The notes below the pieces were generated by a model. It saw nothing but the letters and a program-made list of their open reading frames with translations, ran no database searches and was not told the DNA's origin. Below, piece by piece: positions 1-8,776 of a DNA stretch of 64,000 nt (position 1 is the stretch's first letter; each line of letters opens with the position of its first letter). The position numbers and the translations under genes were made by a program. The stretch comes from Dehalococcoidia bacterium (GTDB lineage Bacteria > Chloroflexota > Dehalococcoidia > Lucifugimonadales > JAGWBF01): the NCBI GenBank assembly GCA_965116325.1, contig OZ220675.1:833536-897535 (forward strand), in the 5' to 3' direction.

Positions 1-942
1 TGCCATTACGATGCCCACATCCAGTCCCGGTTGCCCGTCACTGAAGACCTGAAGGAGTTGACTATGTTGGTAGAGGATGATGAGCTTTCCCCTGATATGT
101 CCCGGTTCCTCAAGACCATATTGGAGCAAGAACGGCTTCGTCTGGTTGGCGATTCCGAGCGTCGCAAGGAAGAGCTACGGTCATTGGTCAATATCAAAGG
201 ACGCGAGCTTGCTGACGAAGAGAATCTAGACAGCATTTATGAGAGTTACCTTGAGAAGCTGCCTGCTAAGGAACGCCCAAGGACGCGATCCCATGATCGC
301 CGACTCTTCAACGATTGGAGGAGCAGTCAGGAGAGGGAGCTGGCTGAGTGGACAAGAGAGCTGACAGCCCTTGAATCTCAAAGTGTGAATGGTGAACTGG
401 TATTCAGAAATACCAGGCACAGACTAATTCGGTTGCTGGAGACCCAAGCAAGATACTCCGGCCTACTTCCCCTGAGAAGTAAACAAGGCGTTGCAGTTCA
501 AGGGCAGGATGAAGAACTCCAGCTTTCCCAATCGAAGAGTCCTGATGGTTGGAGAACTTTTGCCGAGGTCAGAGAGTCGCACCAGACGAAGAGATTCAGC
601 GGATTCTCGACCAAGCCGACGAGCCTTCGAATTGACAATGGGGAGGTCAATGCTATCGGCAAGTGGTCCGATATTCTCTTGGAGACGGCAGAATGGCTGG
701 TAACAGCGGGGTTGCTCGCAAGAGAGCTGTGCCCTGTCGCAGCGGGCAAGAGGGCCAAGAGGCATTTGGTTCACATTGAGCCTGTACATCCAACAAACGA
801 ACCCTTCAAGTATCCCAGGCAGCTTTCGAATGGCTTATACGTAGAGTGTGGTTTCGATGTAAAAGGGACAATTAGACAATGCGAAGGGCTGCTTGAAGCA
901 TTCAGCCAGGACCCAGAACAGTTTAGGGTCCGACTGGGGTAA
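1..942 (+). CDS. hypothetical protein (5' end outside window)
   Basis: Frame 1 is open from nt 1 through the listed TTG at 31 to the stop at 940-942. Charged coiled-coil-like N part (ERLRLVGDSERRKEELRSL) and a compact C-terminal module (GKWSDILLETAEWLVTAGLL...NGLYVECGFDVKG). No family recognised by eye. DNA is AT-richer than the rest of the window. Confidence 0.5.
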   Translation, partial: CHYDAHIQSRLPVTEDLKELTMLVEDDELSPDMSRFLKTILEQERLRLVGDSERRKEELRSLVNIKGRELADEENLDSIYESYLEKLPAKERPRTRSHDRRLFNDWRSSQERELAEWTRELTALESQSVNGELVFRNTRHRLIRLLETQARYSGLLPLRSKQGVAVQGQDEELQLSQSKSPDGWRTFAEVRESHQTKRFSGFSTKPTSLRIDNGEVNAIGKWSDILLETAEWLVTAGLLARELCPVAAGKRAKRHLVHIEPVHPTNEPFKYPRQLSNGLYVECGFDVKGTIRQCEGLLEAFSQDPEQFRVRLG

Positions 943-982
943 GGCTTCTTGCTTACAGCATTCCATCTAAACGAGGGAACCG

Positions 983-2053
983 ATGTTCGATGTCATTAGA
1001 AGGCTGTTCTTGGGGGCCAAAGTAGAAGACGGTACATCCGCTGGTGATGACCCAATTCTCGAGAATCCGGATAGCCAACTGCCTAGTGTCCCCGAGCTTC
1101 CGTATTCCTGCATCATACCCTCTTTCACAGACAGGGGAATCAGCTACAAGGTTGAAGTTACCAAAGAGGGATTCTGGTCATGCTCCTGTCCTGACTTCAT
1201 CAAAAGAAGCCATACCACGTCTGGCAGAAGTTACTACTGCAAGCATTGTGAATCAGTAAGCGTAAGTACGGGTATTCCCCGCCATAAGTACCAATGGAGA
1301 GGGAAGTTAAGCAGAGTGATGCTAACCGGCGACATTCTAGGAGACGGAATGCGAGTTTACGGATATCTCACGACTGCCGAATTGTATGAACAATTTACCG
1401 ATAGCCAGAAGAGAAAGTTCCTCGGGGAGCCGGATGAGATGGCCCTTTTTGACGACGGGGGTGGGTGCCAGCTCTACTTGCGTGAACGAGTAGACTCTGT
1501 ACTGGAATCAGCGGAATATCAACAAGCAAGGGAAAAGTATCTGGCCTCGGTCCCAAGGCTTCAGGCAGCCGCAGCCAAGGCTAAAGCTACTCGCGAACGC
1601 AAAGAACATGCGAGGCAAGAACGAAGAGCCTCCGACCGGGCTGTTTTCCAAGGGGCGGTGTATGTGGGCAAGTTCGAGTATAGGTATGGATGGGAGACTT
1701 GGGGTGTGCTGGCGAGTGATGCGTCCTCCGCAGGCCAGTTGCTTGAGGAGTGGTTGACTGAGCAAGAAACCAAAGAGATTGAGAAAGAGAATTTCGATGA
1801 TGCTGCCTATGGGTACAGGGAAGCGCTGGTGGAGTATAGGGAGGCGCGCAGGGAATTCGAGAGAGGCTCGGGCTCTTGTGCGCCGGTTGCGCCAGTCAAG
1901 CCTCTACGTAAGGAGTTTGCCTTTCACCTAGCGCAAGTAGAGGAATCGGGTCTTGACTGGGAGGGATTCGAGATTAACGAGATTCGACCCCTTGAGGATG
2001 GAGGGGGATGGGGATACGACCCTTTCGGGAAACAGGAGAACCAAAGTTACTAG
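983..2053 (+). CDS. SWIM-type zinc-finger protein, otherwise uncharacterised
   Basis: CxCx(n)CxH signature WSCSCPDFIKRSHTTSGRSYYCKHC near the N terminus. Long charged helical middle (AAAAKAKATRERKEHARQERR). 40-nt gap after the upstream ORF. Confidence 0.6.
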   Translation: MFDVIRRLFLGAKVEDGTSAGDDPILENPDSQLPSVPELPYSCIIPSFTDRGISYKVEVTKEGFWSCSCPDFIKRSHTTSGRSYYCKHCESVSVSTGIPRHKYQWRGKLSRVMLTGDILGDGMRVYGYLTTAELYEQFTDSQKRKFLGEPDEMALFDDGGGCQLYLRERVDSVLESAEYQQAREKYLASVPRLQAAAAKAKATRERKEHARQERRASDRAVFQGAVYVGKFEYRYGWETWGVLASDASSAGQLLEEWLTEQETKEIEKENFDDAAYGYREALVEYREARREFERGSGSCAPVAPVKPLRKEFAFHLAQVEESGLDWEGFEINEIRPLEDGGGWGYDPFGKQENQSY

Positions 2054-2169
2054 TTCATTTTGAGACCCCAATTGCTCTTGCAGTATTGAGTCCCTACGGA
2101 CAAATAAGCCATACTCCAGAATAGAACGGAGAGACCCATGGCTTTGCAGGAAGCTGGAAAGAGGTGAGC

Positions 2170-3375
2170 ATGACCTCGGGAACATCTCTGCCCCTTGAAG
2201 GTGTGAGGGTACTTGACTGCACCCAGGTGCTGGCGGGCCCCTTCTGCTCCCAGCTCCTGGCCGACATGGGGGCCGACGTTATCAAGGTGGAGCGCCCCGA
2301 CGGCGGTGATGAGACCCGCAAGGGTCCGCCCTATATCAACGGATGGTCGGCATCTTTCCTGGCCGTCAACCGGAACAAGCGGGGGCTGGCTTTGGACCTG
2401 CGCAGAGCCGAGGGCCAGGAGGTACTCAAGGCCTTATGCACTAAGGCCGATGTGCTGGTGGAGAACTTCCGCCCGGGCACCATGCCAAGGTTGGGTTTGG
2501 GCTACGACGACCTGAAGAAAGTCCGACCGGAGCTTGTCTACTGCTCCATCTCGGGTTTCGGGCAGACCGGCCCTTACAGCTCCAGAGGCGGGTTCGACCT
2601 GATCGCCCAGGGCATGAGTGGGCTGATGAGCGTTACAGGTACCCCCGGAGGCCCCCCGGCCAAGGTGGGTGTGCCCATTACGGACCTGACGGCGGGAATG
2701 TACGGCGCCCATGGAATCCTCAGCGCCTACATACACCGCCTAAGGACGGGACAAGGCCAGCAGGTGGATATCTCCCTGATGGAAGCGGGCATCGCATACA
2801 CCGTCTGGGAGTCCACTGTCTACTTTGCCACCGGCGAGATACCCGGACCCTTGGGCTCAGCCCACCGGCTGTCAGCCCCCTATCGTGCGCTGAAGACCAG
2901 CGACGGCTACATCACCATCGGGGGCGCCGCCCAAGCCCTTTGGGAGAAGCTGTGCCACGCCATTGGAAGGCCCGAGCTGCTGGAGGATCCCAGGTTTGGC
3001 AACCGGGGCGACCGGAAGGCCAACGATGATGAGCTGGCCGCGCTGCTGGAGGAGACCTTCTCGACGAAAAGCACCGAGCATTGGATGGGTGTGCTGGAGG
3101 AGGTGGGAGTCCCGGCGGGGCCGATAAACGACCTGGAGCAGGTTTATCACGACCCCCATGTGCAGGCCCGGCGCATGGAGGTGGACCTGGACGACCCGGA
3201 GATCGGGCTGCTAAGGAACATCGGGATTCCGGTGAAGCTGTCCGGCACCCCCGGAAGCATCCGTCGCAGGGGCCCTGCCCTGGGAGAGCACACCAGGGAG
3301 GTGCTGGAGGATGGAGGGTTCAGCCCCGGCGAGATCGACGCCCTCCTGGAAGCCGGGGTCGTGAAGGCAAGCTAG
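2170..3375 (+). CDS. CaiB/BaiF family (class III) CoA-transferase
   Basis: N-terminal LEGVRVLDCTQVLAGPFCSQLLADMGADVIKVERPDGGDETR is the classic family III CoA-transferase opening. The ATG at 2170 sits 5-6 nt after GAAAGAGG, so it is preferred over the GTG at 2164. Confidence 0.9.
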   Translation: MTSGTSLPLEGVRVLDCTQVLAGPFCSQLLADMGADVIKVERPDGGDETRKGPPYINGWSASFLAVNRNKRGLALDLRRAEGQEVLKALCTKADVLVENFRPGTMPRLGLGYDDLKKVRPELVYCSISGFGQTGPYSSRGGFDLIAQGMSGLMSVTGTPGGPPAKVGVPITDLTAGMYGAHGILSAYIHRLRTGQGQQVDISLMEAGIAYTVWESTVYFATGEIPGPLGSAHRLSAPYRALKTSDGYITIGGAAQALWEKLCHAIGRPELLEDPRFGNRGDRKANDDELAALLEETFSTKSTEHWMGVLEEVGVPAGPINDLEQVYHDPHVQARRMEVDLDDPEIGLLRNIGIPVKLSGTPGSIRRRGPALGEHTREVLEDGGFSPGEIDALLEAGVVKAS

Positions 3376-3839
3376 CCGGCGCCGTGGTGGTGCACCATCT
3401 TCCACTGGCCATCCACATTGGTGAAGATGTTGGTAGCCCGGACGGTGAAGTTGCCCGCCCGGCCATCGAGCACCGTGGAGATGTTCTCGTGGCAGGACAC
3501 CCACGCGCAGTCACCCCTGATCTGCACCTGGGCATCTGTGATGTTGAAGTGCATCAGGGTGGTGTTGTAGAAGATATCGACCCAGCTTTGTCGCACGTCC
3601 GGCCAGCCGACAATTATGTCGGAACTGGGATGGATGCAAAGGACATCGTTGGAGTGTTCCCAGACTTTCTCCATCTCGCCGATGTCCAAGCTGCCAAAGG
3701 CTTCATAGAAGCTGTGATTGGCCGCCAGCACCCGTTCTACTTCGCCATCGTTCAATGCCCTTTGCGGCCCCGCTTTCGTGAAGATGGTCTTGTAGGCGGA
3801 TTCTACCAGAAAGTCCGACCCGGGATAACGAGGTCTCAA
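3372..3839 (-). CDS. SnoaL-like / NTF2-fold protein
   Basis: VLAANHSFYEAFGSLDIGEMEKVW ... DGQWKMVHHH is typical of SnoaL/DUF4440-type NTF2-like proteins. Convergent with the CoA-transferase, with stops overlapping in CTAG. Confidence 0.7.
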   Translation of the reverse strand: MRPRYPGSDFLVESAYKTIFTKAGPQRALNDGEVERVLAANHSFYEAFGSLDIGEMEKVWEHSNDVLCIHPSSDIIVGWPDVRQSWVDIFYNTTLMHFNITDAQVQIRGDCAWVSCHENISTVLDGRAGNFTVRATNIFTNVDGQWKMVHHHGAG

Positions 3840-3971
3840 GGTGGAGGCGCTGGCTACAATTCAACTTCCGATATGTTGAAAGGCAGCATGGCAGTGGGTA
3901 GAATAGGATGGTGTTGTGCCTAACTTGGCCAGCTATCGGGTAGCTGGCCCGGAGGGGAGCTGAGGCCCGAC

Positions 3972-4172
3972 ATGGCAAGCAAAAAAGAACCACAGGCACC
4001 GGCGCAGGCTTCAGAAAAGCCATCCGCTAAGGAACTGTATCCCGCAGTTTGCGCCTTTTGCTGCATCGAAGGCATGGTTACCACCAAGCCCGACGGCCCG
4101 CTGCCGGGCTGCAGGGGGTGGTGCGCCCACAGGTCCAGGGTCATCATGGATGACCGCTCGGTGTTCCGCTAG
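3972..4172 (+). CDS. small Cys-rich hypothetical protein (66 aa)
   Basis: ATG preceded by GGAGGGGAG about 12 nt upstream. Lys/Pro/Ala-rich N part, then CAFCC...C...C. No homolog recognised, so it could be non-coding. Confidence 0.25.
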   Translation: MASKKEPQAPAQASEKPSAKELYPAVCAFCCIEGMVTTKPDGPLPGCRGWCAHRSRVIMDDRSVFR

Positions 4173-4216
4173 CAGATGGCCGAGCCTGCGGACCTCTTGG
4201 TACTTTTCCGCCAGCC

Positions 4217-5137
4217 TTAGCGCCCATCCGCCCTTTCGTCCAGCTTCAGGACCAGTTCGTACATGAAGTTGCGCACCGAACGGCTCAGGAACTTCCCCTT
4301 CAATGTAATCAGCCCTATGTCAGTGGTGGGAAGCAGCCCGGTCAGCCTCCTTATCCCAATGCGGGAGCTATCTTCGGGCTGGATCATGTATTCATTGGTC
4401 ACGCTGATGCCCAGGCCAACCTCGACGTACTTCTTGGCCATCTCCATTATGTCCATCTCTACGGGGACGTTGTATGAGAGGCCCGCCTCCCGGAGGGCCC
4501 GCTCCAGGATCCTGCGGGTGTAGCTCGTGGGCCCCAGCATGACCAACGGCCACCGAGCGATATCGGCAAGGGTGATTTCGGCAAGATTCAGCAGCTCATG
4601 TCCCAGGGGAGTCACCAGGACGAACTGGGAGGAGAACAGGTGATTGAACTCCAGGGACGGCACTTCGGATTCCGGCCGGTTCCCCAGGGCCAGGTCCAGG
4701 TCTCCCGCTGACACCCGTTCCAGTATGTCGGTGTATGAGGTGGCCACCAGCTTTATCTGCACGCTGGGGTATCTGTCGCGAAAGGACCTCACTATGTCGG
4801 GGAGGCGATGCAACACCAGGTCCGGATAAGCCCCGATGACGAAGGAACCTCGGTGTTCGGGGTACTCCATCTGGCTCTTCAGGGCTTCCATGCTCTCGGT
4901 CAGGTTCTCGACCATGGGTTTGACTAGGTCGTAGAAGGCGTGGCCGTCGGAGGTCAGCTGGATGGGGCGCTTGATCCTGTCAAAGAGGACAACGCCGAAC
5001 TCCCGCTCCATCTTCTGGAGATGGAGAGTGACCGTAGGCTGGCCCAGGTCCAGGAAGTTTGCCGCCCTGGAGATGCTGCTGAGCCGGGCAACATGATAAA
5101 AGCTGATTAACTCTCGTACGTTCACTGATGGCGTCAT
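4217..5137 (-). CDS. LysR family transcriptional regulator
   Basis: HTH region LISFYHVARLSSISRAANFLDLGQPTVTLHLQKMEREFGVVLFDR plus a LysR substrate-binding-like C part. ATG at 5137 preferred; an alternative TTG lies at 5161. Confidence 0.9.
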   Translation of the reverse strand: MTPSVNVRELISFYHVARLSSISRAANFLDLGQPTVTLHLQKMEREFGVVLFDRIKRPIQLTSDGHAFYDLVKPMVENLTESMEALKSQMEYPEHRGSFVIGAYPDLVLHRLPDIVRSFRDRYPSVQIKLVATSYTDILERVSAGDLDLALGNRPESEVPSLEFNHLFSSQFVLVTPLGHELLNLAEITLADIARWPLVMLGPTSYTRRILERALREAGLSYNVPVEMDIMEMAKKYVEVGLGISVTNEYMIQPEDSSRIGIRRLTGLLPTTDIGLITLKGKFLSRSVRNFMYELVLKLDERADGR

Positions 5138-5257
5138 AAACAACGGGATTTGATAATACAAGCCATTATATAGTATTTCATTTCCCTGGGATGGTCCTCC
5201 GAGCTTAAGACCTCAAAGCTCCTGGTCTAATGGTGGACCTTCCCTTGCCATCTGTTG

Positions 5258-5286
5258 TTGACATGAGGATGATCTGACAACAGAAT
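5258..5286 (+). promoter_or_regulatory. candidate sigma70-type promoter for ferredoxin gene, overlapped by an 8-bp dyad
   Basis: TTGACA (5258-5263), N17, CAGAAT (5281-5286). Arms TCTGTTGT (5251-5258) and ACAACAGA (5276-5283) form an inverted repeat spanning both hexamers. Confidence 0.3.
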
Positions 5287-5333
5287 GTACCAGTTTTCAT
5301 AGCTGTACTCCTTAGGGGGCTGGCAAGGCACAG

Positions 5334-5573
5334 ATGACCTACATCATTACCGAACCGTGCATCGGGGTGAAGGACGGTGGTTGCGTCGATGTCTGTCCCG
5401 TAGATTGCATCCACACCACGGAAGATGACGATATGTACTTCATCGATCCTTCCGAGTGCATCGACTGCGGGGCATGCGAGCCGGTATGCCCCGTCACCGC
5501 CATCTTTGCCGAATTCGCAGTTCCCGCTACCTGGCATTCCTACATATCCAAGAACTACCAGTATTTCAGCTAG
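5334..5573 (+). CDS. ferredoxin (4Fe-4S/3Fe-4S, FdxA-like)
   Basis: [27 protein letters not shown] ... [13 protein letters not shown]: two iron-sulfur cluster Cys motifs of 7Fe-type ferredoxins. Confidence 0.9.
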   Translation: MTYIITEPCIGVKDGGCVDVCPVDCIHTTEDDDMYFIDPSECIDCGACEPVCPVTAIFAEFAVPATWHSYISKNYQYFS

Positions 5574-5654
5574 CTGGCTGGGCCCAGCCAGGAACGGGCT
5601 TCATTGGGGCAGCGCCAAGACCGCCACTTTATTCTCCAGAGAGGACTCCTAAGT

Positions 5655-6167
5655 ATGGAACTTAAAGACTACATACGAGACATCGAGGATTTCCCCACGC
5701 CGGGGATACTCTTCAGAGACATCACACCCCTGCTCATGGACGCCGACGCCTTCGCCCACGCGGTGGACACCTTCGCCAACTACTATAGTGGAAGGGACAT
5801 CACCGCAGTCATGGCTGTCGAGGCTAGAGGGTTCCTCCTAGCCGCCCCCATGGCGTACCGGATGCGAAAACCTCTGGTCCTGGCGAGGAAGGAAGGAAAG
5901 CTCCCCGCCGAGTCCTACAGAATTGAGTACTCCCTCGAATATGGCACCAACGTGATGGAAGTGCACAGGGACAGCGTAGTTGCCGGGGACAATGTGCTGA
6001 TCGTGGACGATGTCCTGGCGACGGGAGGCACCATGGCGGCAGCCATCCGCCTGGTGGAGGAGGCCGGAGCGACCGTTGCAGGCCTGGCACTGCTGATGGA
6101 GCTGACGGCGCTGGAGGGCAGGGAACACTTGGCCGGATACGAGGTGTTCACCCTAATGCAGTACTAG
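5655..6167 (+). CDS. apt: adenine phosphoribosyltransferase
   Basis: MELKDYIRDIEDFPTPGILFRDITPLL and the PRPP motif VLIVDDVLATGGT. ATG at 5655 with GAGAGG upstream; the listed ORF start at 5604 is an N-terminal over-extension. Confidence 0.9.
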   Translation: MELKDYIRDIEDFPTPGILFRDITPLLMDADAFAHAVDTFANYYSGRDITAVMAVEARGFLLAAPMAYRMRKPLVLARKEGKLPAESYRIEYSLEYGTNVMEVHRDSVVAGDNVLIVDDVLATGGTMAAAIRLVEEAGATVAGLALLMELTALEGREHLAGYEVFTLMQY

Positions 6168-6223
6168 GGACTACCGGCGCCGGGGCTGGCAGGACTCCAG
6201 CACCCGAAAGAAAGGAAGCGAGA

Positions 6224-7063
6224 ATGGCGGACCGCACCAGTGTCGGAGATGTGGAAATCCTCTCTTTCATCGACATGGTCCCCCCACCCTACGACCCGGA
6301 GGGGTTCTTCCCCGACGTGAAACGCAGCCAGTGGCAGCCTTATGAGTCCGACCACCTGGAGAACGGCAACTTGCAGCTCTACTACGGGTGCTTCGCCCTC
6401 CGCTCCAGCGGCCAGACCATCCTGGTGGATACGGGGATGGGGCCCGGGCCCCATCCGACCCGCGGAAACCTGACGGGCCATCTAGTGCCCCTTCTAAGGG
6501 AACAGGGTATCGGGCCCGAGGATGTAAACATTGTCGTGCACACCCACCTGCACCCTGACCATGTGGGCTGGAACGTAACCCAGGAAGACGGGAAGCCCAA
6601 GGCCACCTTCCCCAAAGCCAGGTACCTTGTGCCCCGCAAGGACTGGAGCTACTTCACCCAGGAAGATGTCCTGGCATCGGCCGCCCACGTCCGGGACAAC
6701 GTGGTCCCCCTGCAGGATTTGGGAGCCATGGACATCATCGACGAGGAACACACCATCACCTCCGAGGTCACGACCATACCCACGCCGGGGCACACGCCGG
6801 GCCACCTCAACGTCCTGATCTCTTCAGGCGGGGAGAAAGGCATCCTGGTTGGCGACCTGCTCCACAGCAAGGTACAGGTGCAGGAGCCGGCTTGGTGCTC
6901 CAGGGCGGACATCGACAAGGCCACCGGCCAGCGCAGCCGGGAGGATATGCTGGAGCGCATCGAGCGCGAAGGGATGCTGGTGGCCGCGGGCCACTTCAAA
7001 CCCGACGAGCACTTCGGTCACGTCGTACGCATCCAGGGCAGGCGCTACTGGCAGGTCCTCTAG
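6224..7063 (+). CDS. MBL-fold metallo-hydrolase
   Basis: HxHxDH motif VHTHLHPDHVGWN, later TPGHTPGH and a C-terminal His/Asp ligand region. Confidence 0.85.
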   Translation: MADRTSVGDVEILSFIDMVPPPYDPEGFFPDVKRSQWQPYESDHLENGNLQLYYGCFALRSSGQTILVDTGMGPGPHPTRGNLTGHLVPLLREQGIGPEDVNIVVHTHLHPDHVGWNVTQEDGKPKATFPKARYLVPRKDWSYFTQEDVLASAAHVRDNVVPLQDLGAMDIIDEEHTITSEVTTIPTPGHTPGHLNVLISSGGEKGILVGDLLHSKVQVQEPAWCSRADIDKATGQRSREDMLERIEREGMLVAAGHFKPDEHFGHVVRIQGRRYWQVL

Positions 7064-7081
7064 GGGCCTGGGGCAGGCGAC

Positions 7082-8494
7082 CTACACCGGCGGGCGGCGC
7101 TTGTGCCAGTCGGTGGCTTTCTCGTAGGCGTGAGCGGCCCTGAGTACCGTGCTTTCGTCGAAGGGCTTGCCAGCAAGCTGGAGACCCATGGGCAGGTTGT
7201 CGTCGGAGAACCCGCAGGGCACCGTGATGGCGGGAAAGCCGTTCAGGTTGAAGGCGCGCGTGTACTGGGTCAGCGCCGGGACGGAACCCACGGTGACGTC
7301 GTTTATCTGCACCTGGGTAGCCCCGATGGGATGGGCCGTCATCGGCTCCATGGGCCCCGCCAGCAGGTCCACCTCATCGAACAGCTCCCGGCACTTCCGG
7401 GTGAACATTGCCCTGGCCCGCTGGGCCTGGAGGTACTGCTCGCCCGAGATGAAGAAGCCCGACTCGATGCGCAGGCGCACCGGCGCTGCGTACTGGGCGC
7501 CCTTGGACAACACCAGGTCTCGGTGGTAGGCTGTCGCCTCCGAGTACAGGATGGTTGTGGACAGGGGAGCCGTCTGGTGAAACATAGGCATGGAGATCTC
7601 TTTGACCTCAGCCCCCATCTCGCCTAACTGCTCTATAGCTTTTCGCACCGCCTGCTCCACCTGGCTGTCCACGGGCACCTCGAAATACTCCTTGGGTACG
7701 CCTATTCTCAGGCCTTTTATGTCCCCCGTGAGGCCCTCGGTGAAATCGGGCGCCGGAACGTTGGCCGATGCCGGGTCCATGGGGTCGTAGCCCGCCAGGG
7801 CATTCATCACCAGGGCGCAGTCCTCGACGGTGCGGCACATGGGGCCAGCATGGTCCAGGGACCAGGCAAGGACGCTGATGCCGTAGCGGCTGATGCGGCC
7901 ATAGGTGGGTTTCAGTCCGGCCAGCCCGCACAGGGCGCTGGGGATGCGTATGGACCCTCCGGTATCCGAACCCATGGTTAGGGTGCATTGCCCGGCCGCG
8001 GCCGCTGAGCCCGATCCCCCGCTGGAGCCTCCGGGAATCAGGTCGATGTTCCAGGGGTTGTGCATGTTGCCGTAGTCGGGGTTCTCCCCCGTCGGGCCGA
8101 AGGCGAACTGGTGCAGGTTCAGCTTGCCGATGAGGACGGCGCCCGCCCGACGAAAACGGTTGGCCACCGTGCAGTCGTAGTCGGGAACGAAATCGTCGAA
8201 TATGCGCGAGCCCGATGTGTTCCTGACCCCCCGGACGTAGTACAGGTCCTTCAGGCCCAGGGGGACGCCGTGGAGCGGCCCCCTGTAGGTGCCGGCGCTC
8301 ATCTCCAGCTCACACTGGCGGGCGGCCGCCCGTGCTTGGTCGGCCATGACGGTTATGAAGGAGTTCAGGGTAGGCTCTGTGGCTTCTATCCTCTCCAGGT
8401 GGGCTTCAACAACCTCCCGGGGGGATACCTGCTTGGACTTGATGAGCGTGGCTAGCTCGCCTGCGCTGCTGTAGCAAATCTCGATATTCTCCAC
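7082..8494 (-). CDS. amidase (amidase-signature family, GatA-like)
   Basis: Amidase signature GGSSGGSGSAAAAG...GSDTGGSIRIPS and an upstream catalytic Lys region (PLGLKD). Confidence 0.9.
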   Translation of the reverse strand: MENIEICYSSAGELATLIKSKQVSPREVVEAHLERIEATEPTLNSFITVMADQARAAARQCELEMSAGTYRGPLHGVPLGLKDLYYVRGVRNTSGSRIFDDFVPDYDCTVANRFRRAGAVLIGKLNLHQFAFGPTGENPDYGNMHNPWNIDLIPGGSSGGSGSAAAAGQCTLTMGSDTGGSIRIPSALCGLAGLKPTYGRISRYGISVLAWSLDHAGPMCRTVEDCALVMNALAGYDPMDPASANVPAPDFTEGLTGDIKGLRIGVPKEYFEVPVDSQVEQAVRKAIEQLGEMGAEVKEISMPMFHQTAPLSTTILYSEATAYHRDLVLSKGAQYAAPVRLRIESGFFISGEQYLQAQRARAMFTRKCRELFDEVDLLAGPMEPMTAHPIGATQVQINDVTVGSVPALTQYTRAFNLNGFPAITVPCGFSDDNLPMGLQLAGKPFDESTVLRAAHAYEKATDWHKRRPPV

Positions 8495-8536
8495 TTTCGG
8501 CTCCTTATCTAGGCTAGGCTAGGGCTGGCTGACCGG

Positions 8537-8734
8537 CTAATCTCTGGGAGGGAAATAGGCCGTCGCGGGCTCTACTCCCTCCAGGTCCATATCCCTCAGG
8601 GGCTGCAGGGACGAGACCAAGCCCTTGACGTAGGTGTACAGCTCGTCCATGTGGGCGGTTTCCCCCAAGTCCAGCCCGGCTGCCGCCGCCAGGCGATCGA
8701 AGGTCTCCCGGTCCATTCCTTCCTGTGTTGTCAC
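8537..8734 (-). CDS. GatC-like small protein, probable partner of the adjacent amidase
   Basis: 65 aa. FDRLAAAAGLDL...ELYTYVKGLVSSLQPLRDMDLEGVEPATAYF mirrors the GatC pattern (LA.LARL.L...L..L.E.D..GVEP). Lies 42 nt upstream of the amidase on the same strand. Confidence 0.55.
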   Translation of the reverse strand: MTTQEGMDRETFDRLAAAAGLDLGETAHMDELYTYVKGLVSSLQPLRDMDLEGVEPATAYFPPRD

Positions 8735-8776
8735 GATTAAGACCTCCTCTTGAGAACTCTCTAGTTCCTTCGTCTG

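Noticed and set aside
3372-3375. Overlapping convergent stop codons in CTAG (CoA-transferase / SnoaL-like), and the 48-nt convergent overlap of recX with the zinc-ribbon membrane gene
   Set aside because: Both are real in the sequence, but such overlaps are common in compact genomes and no functional inference can be drawn.
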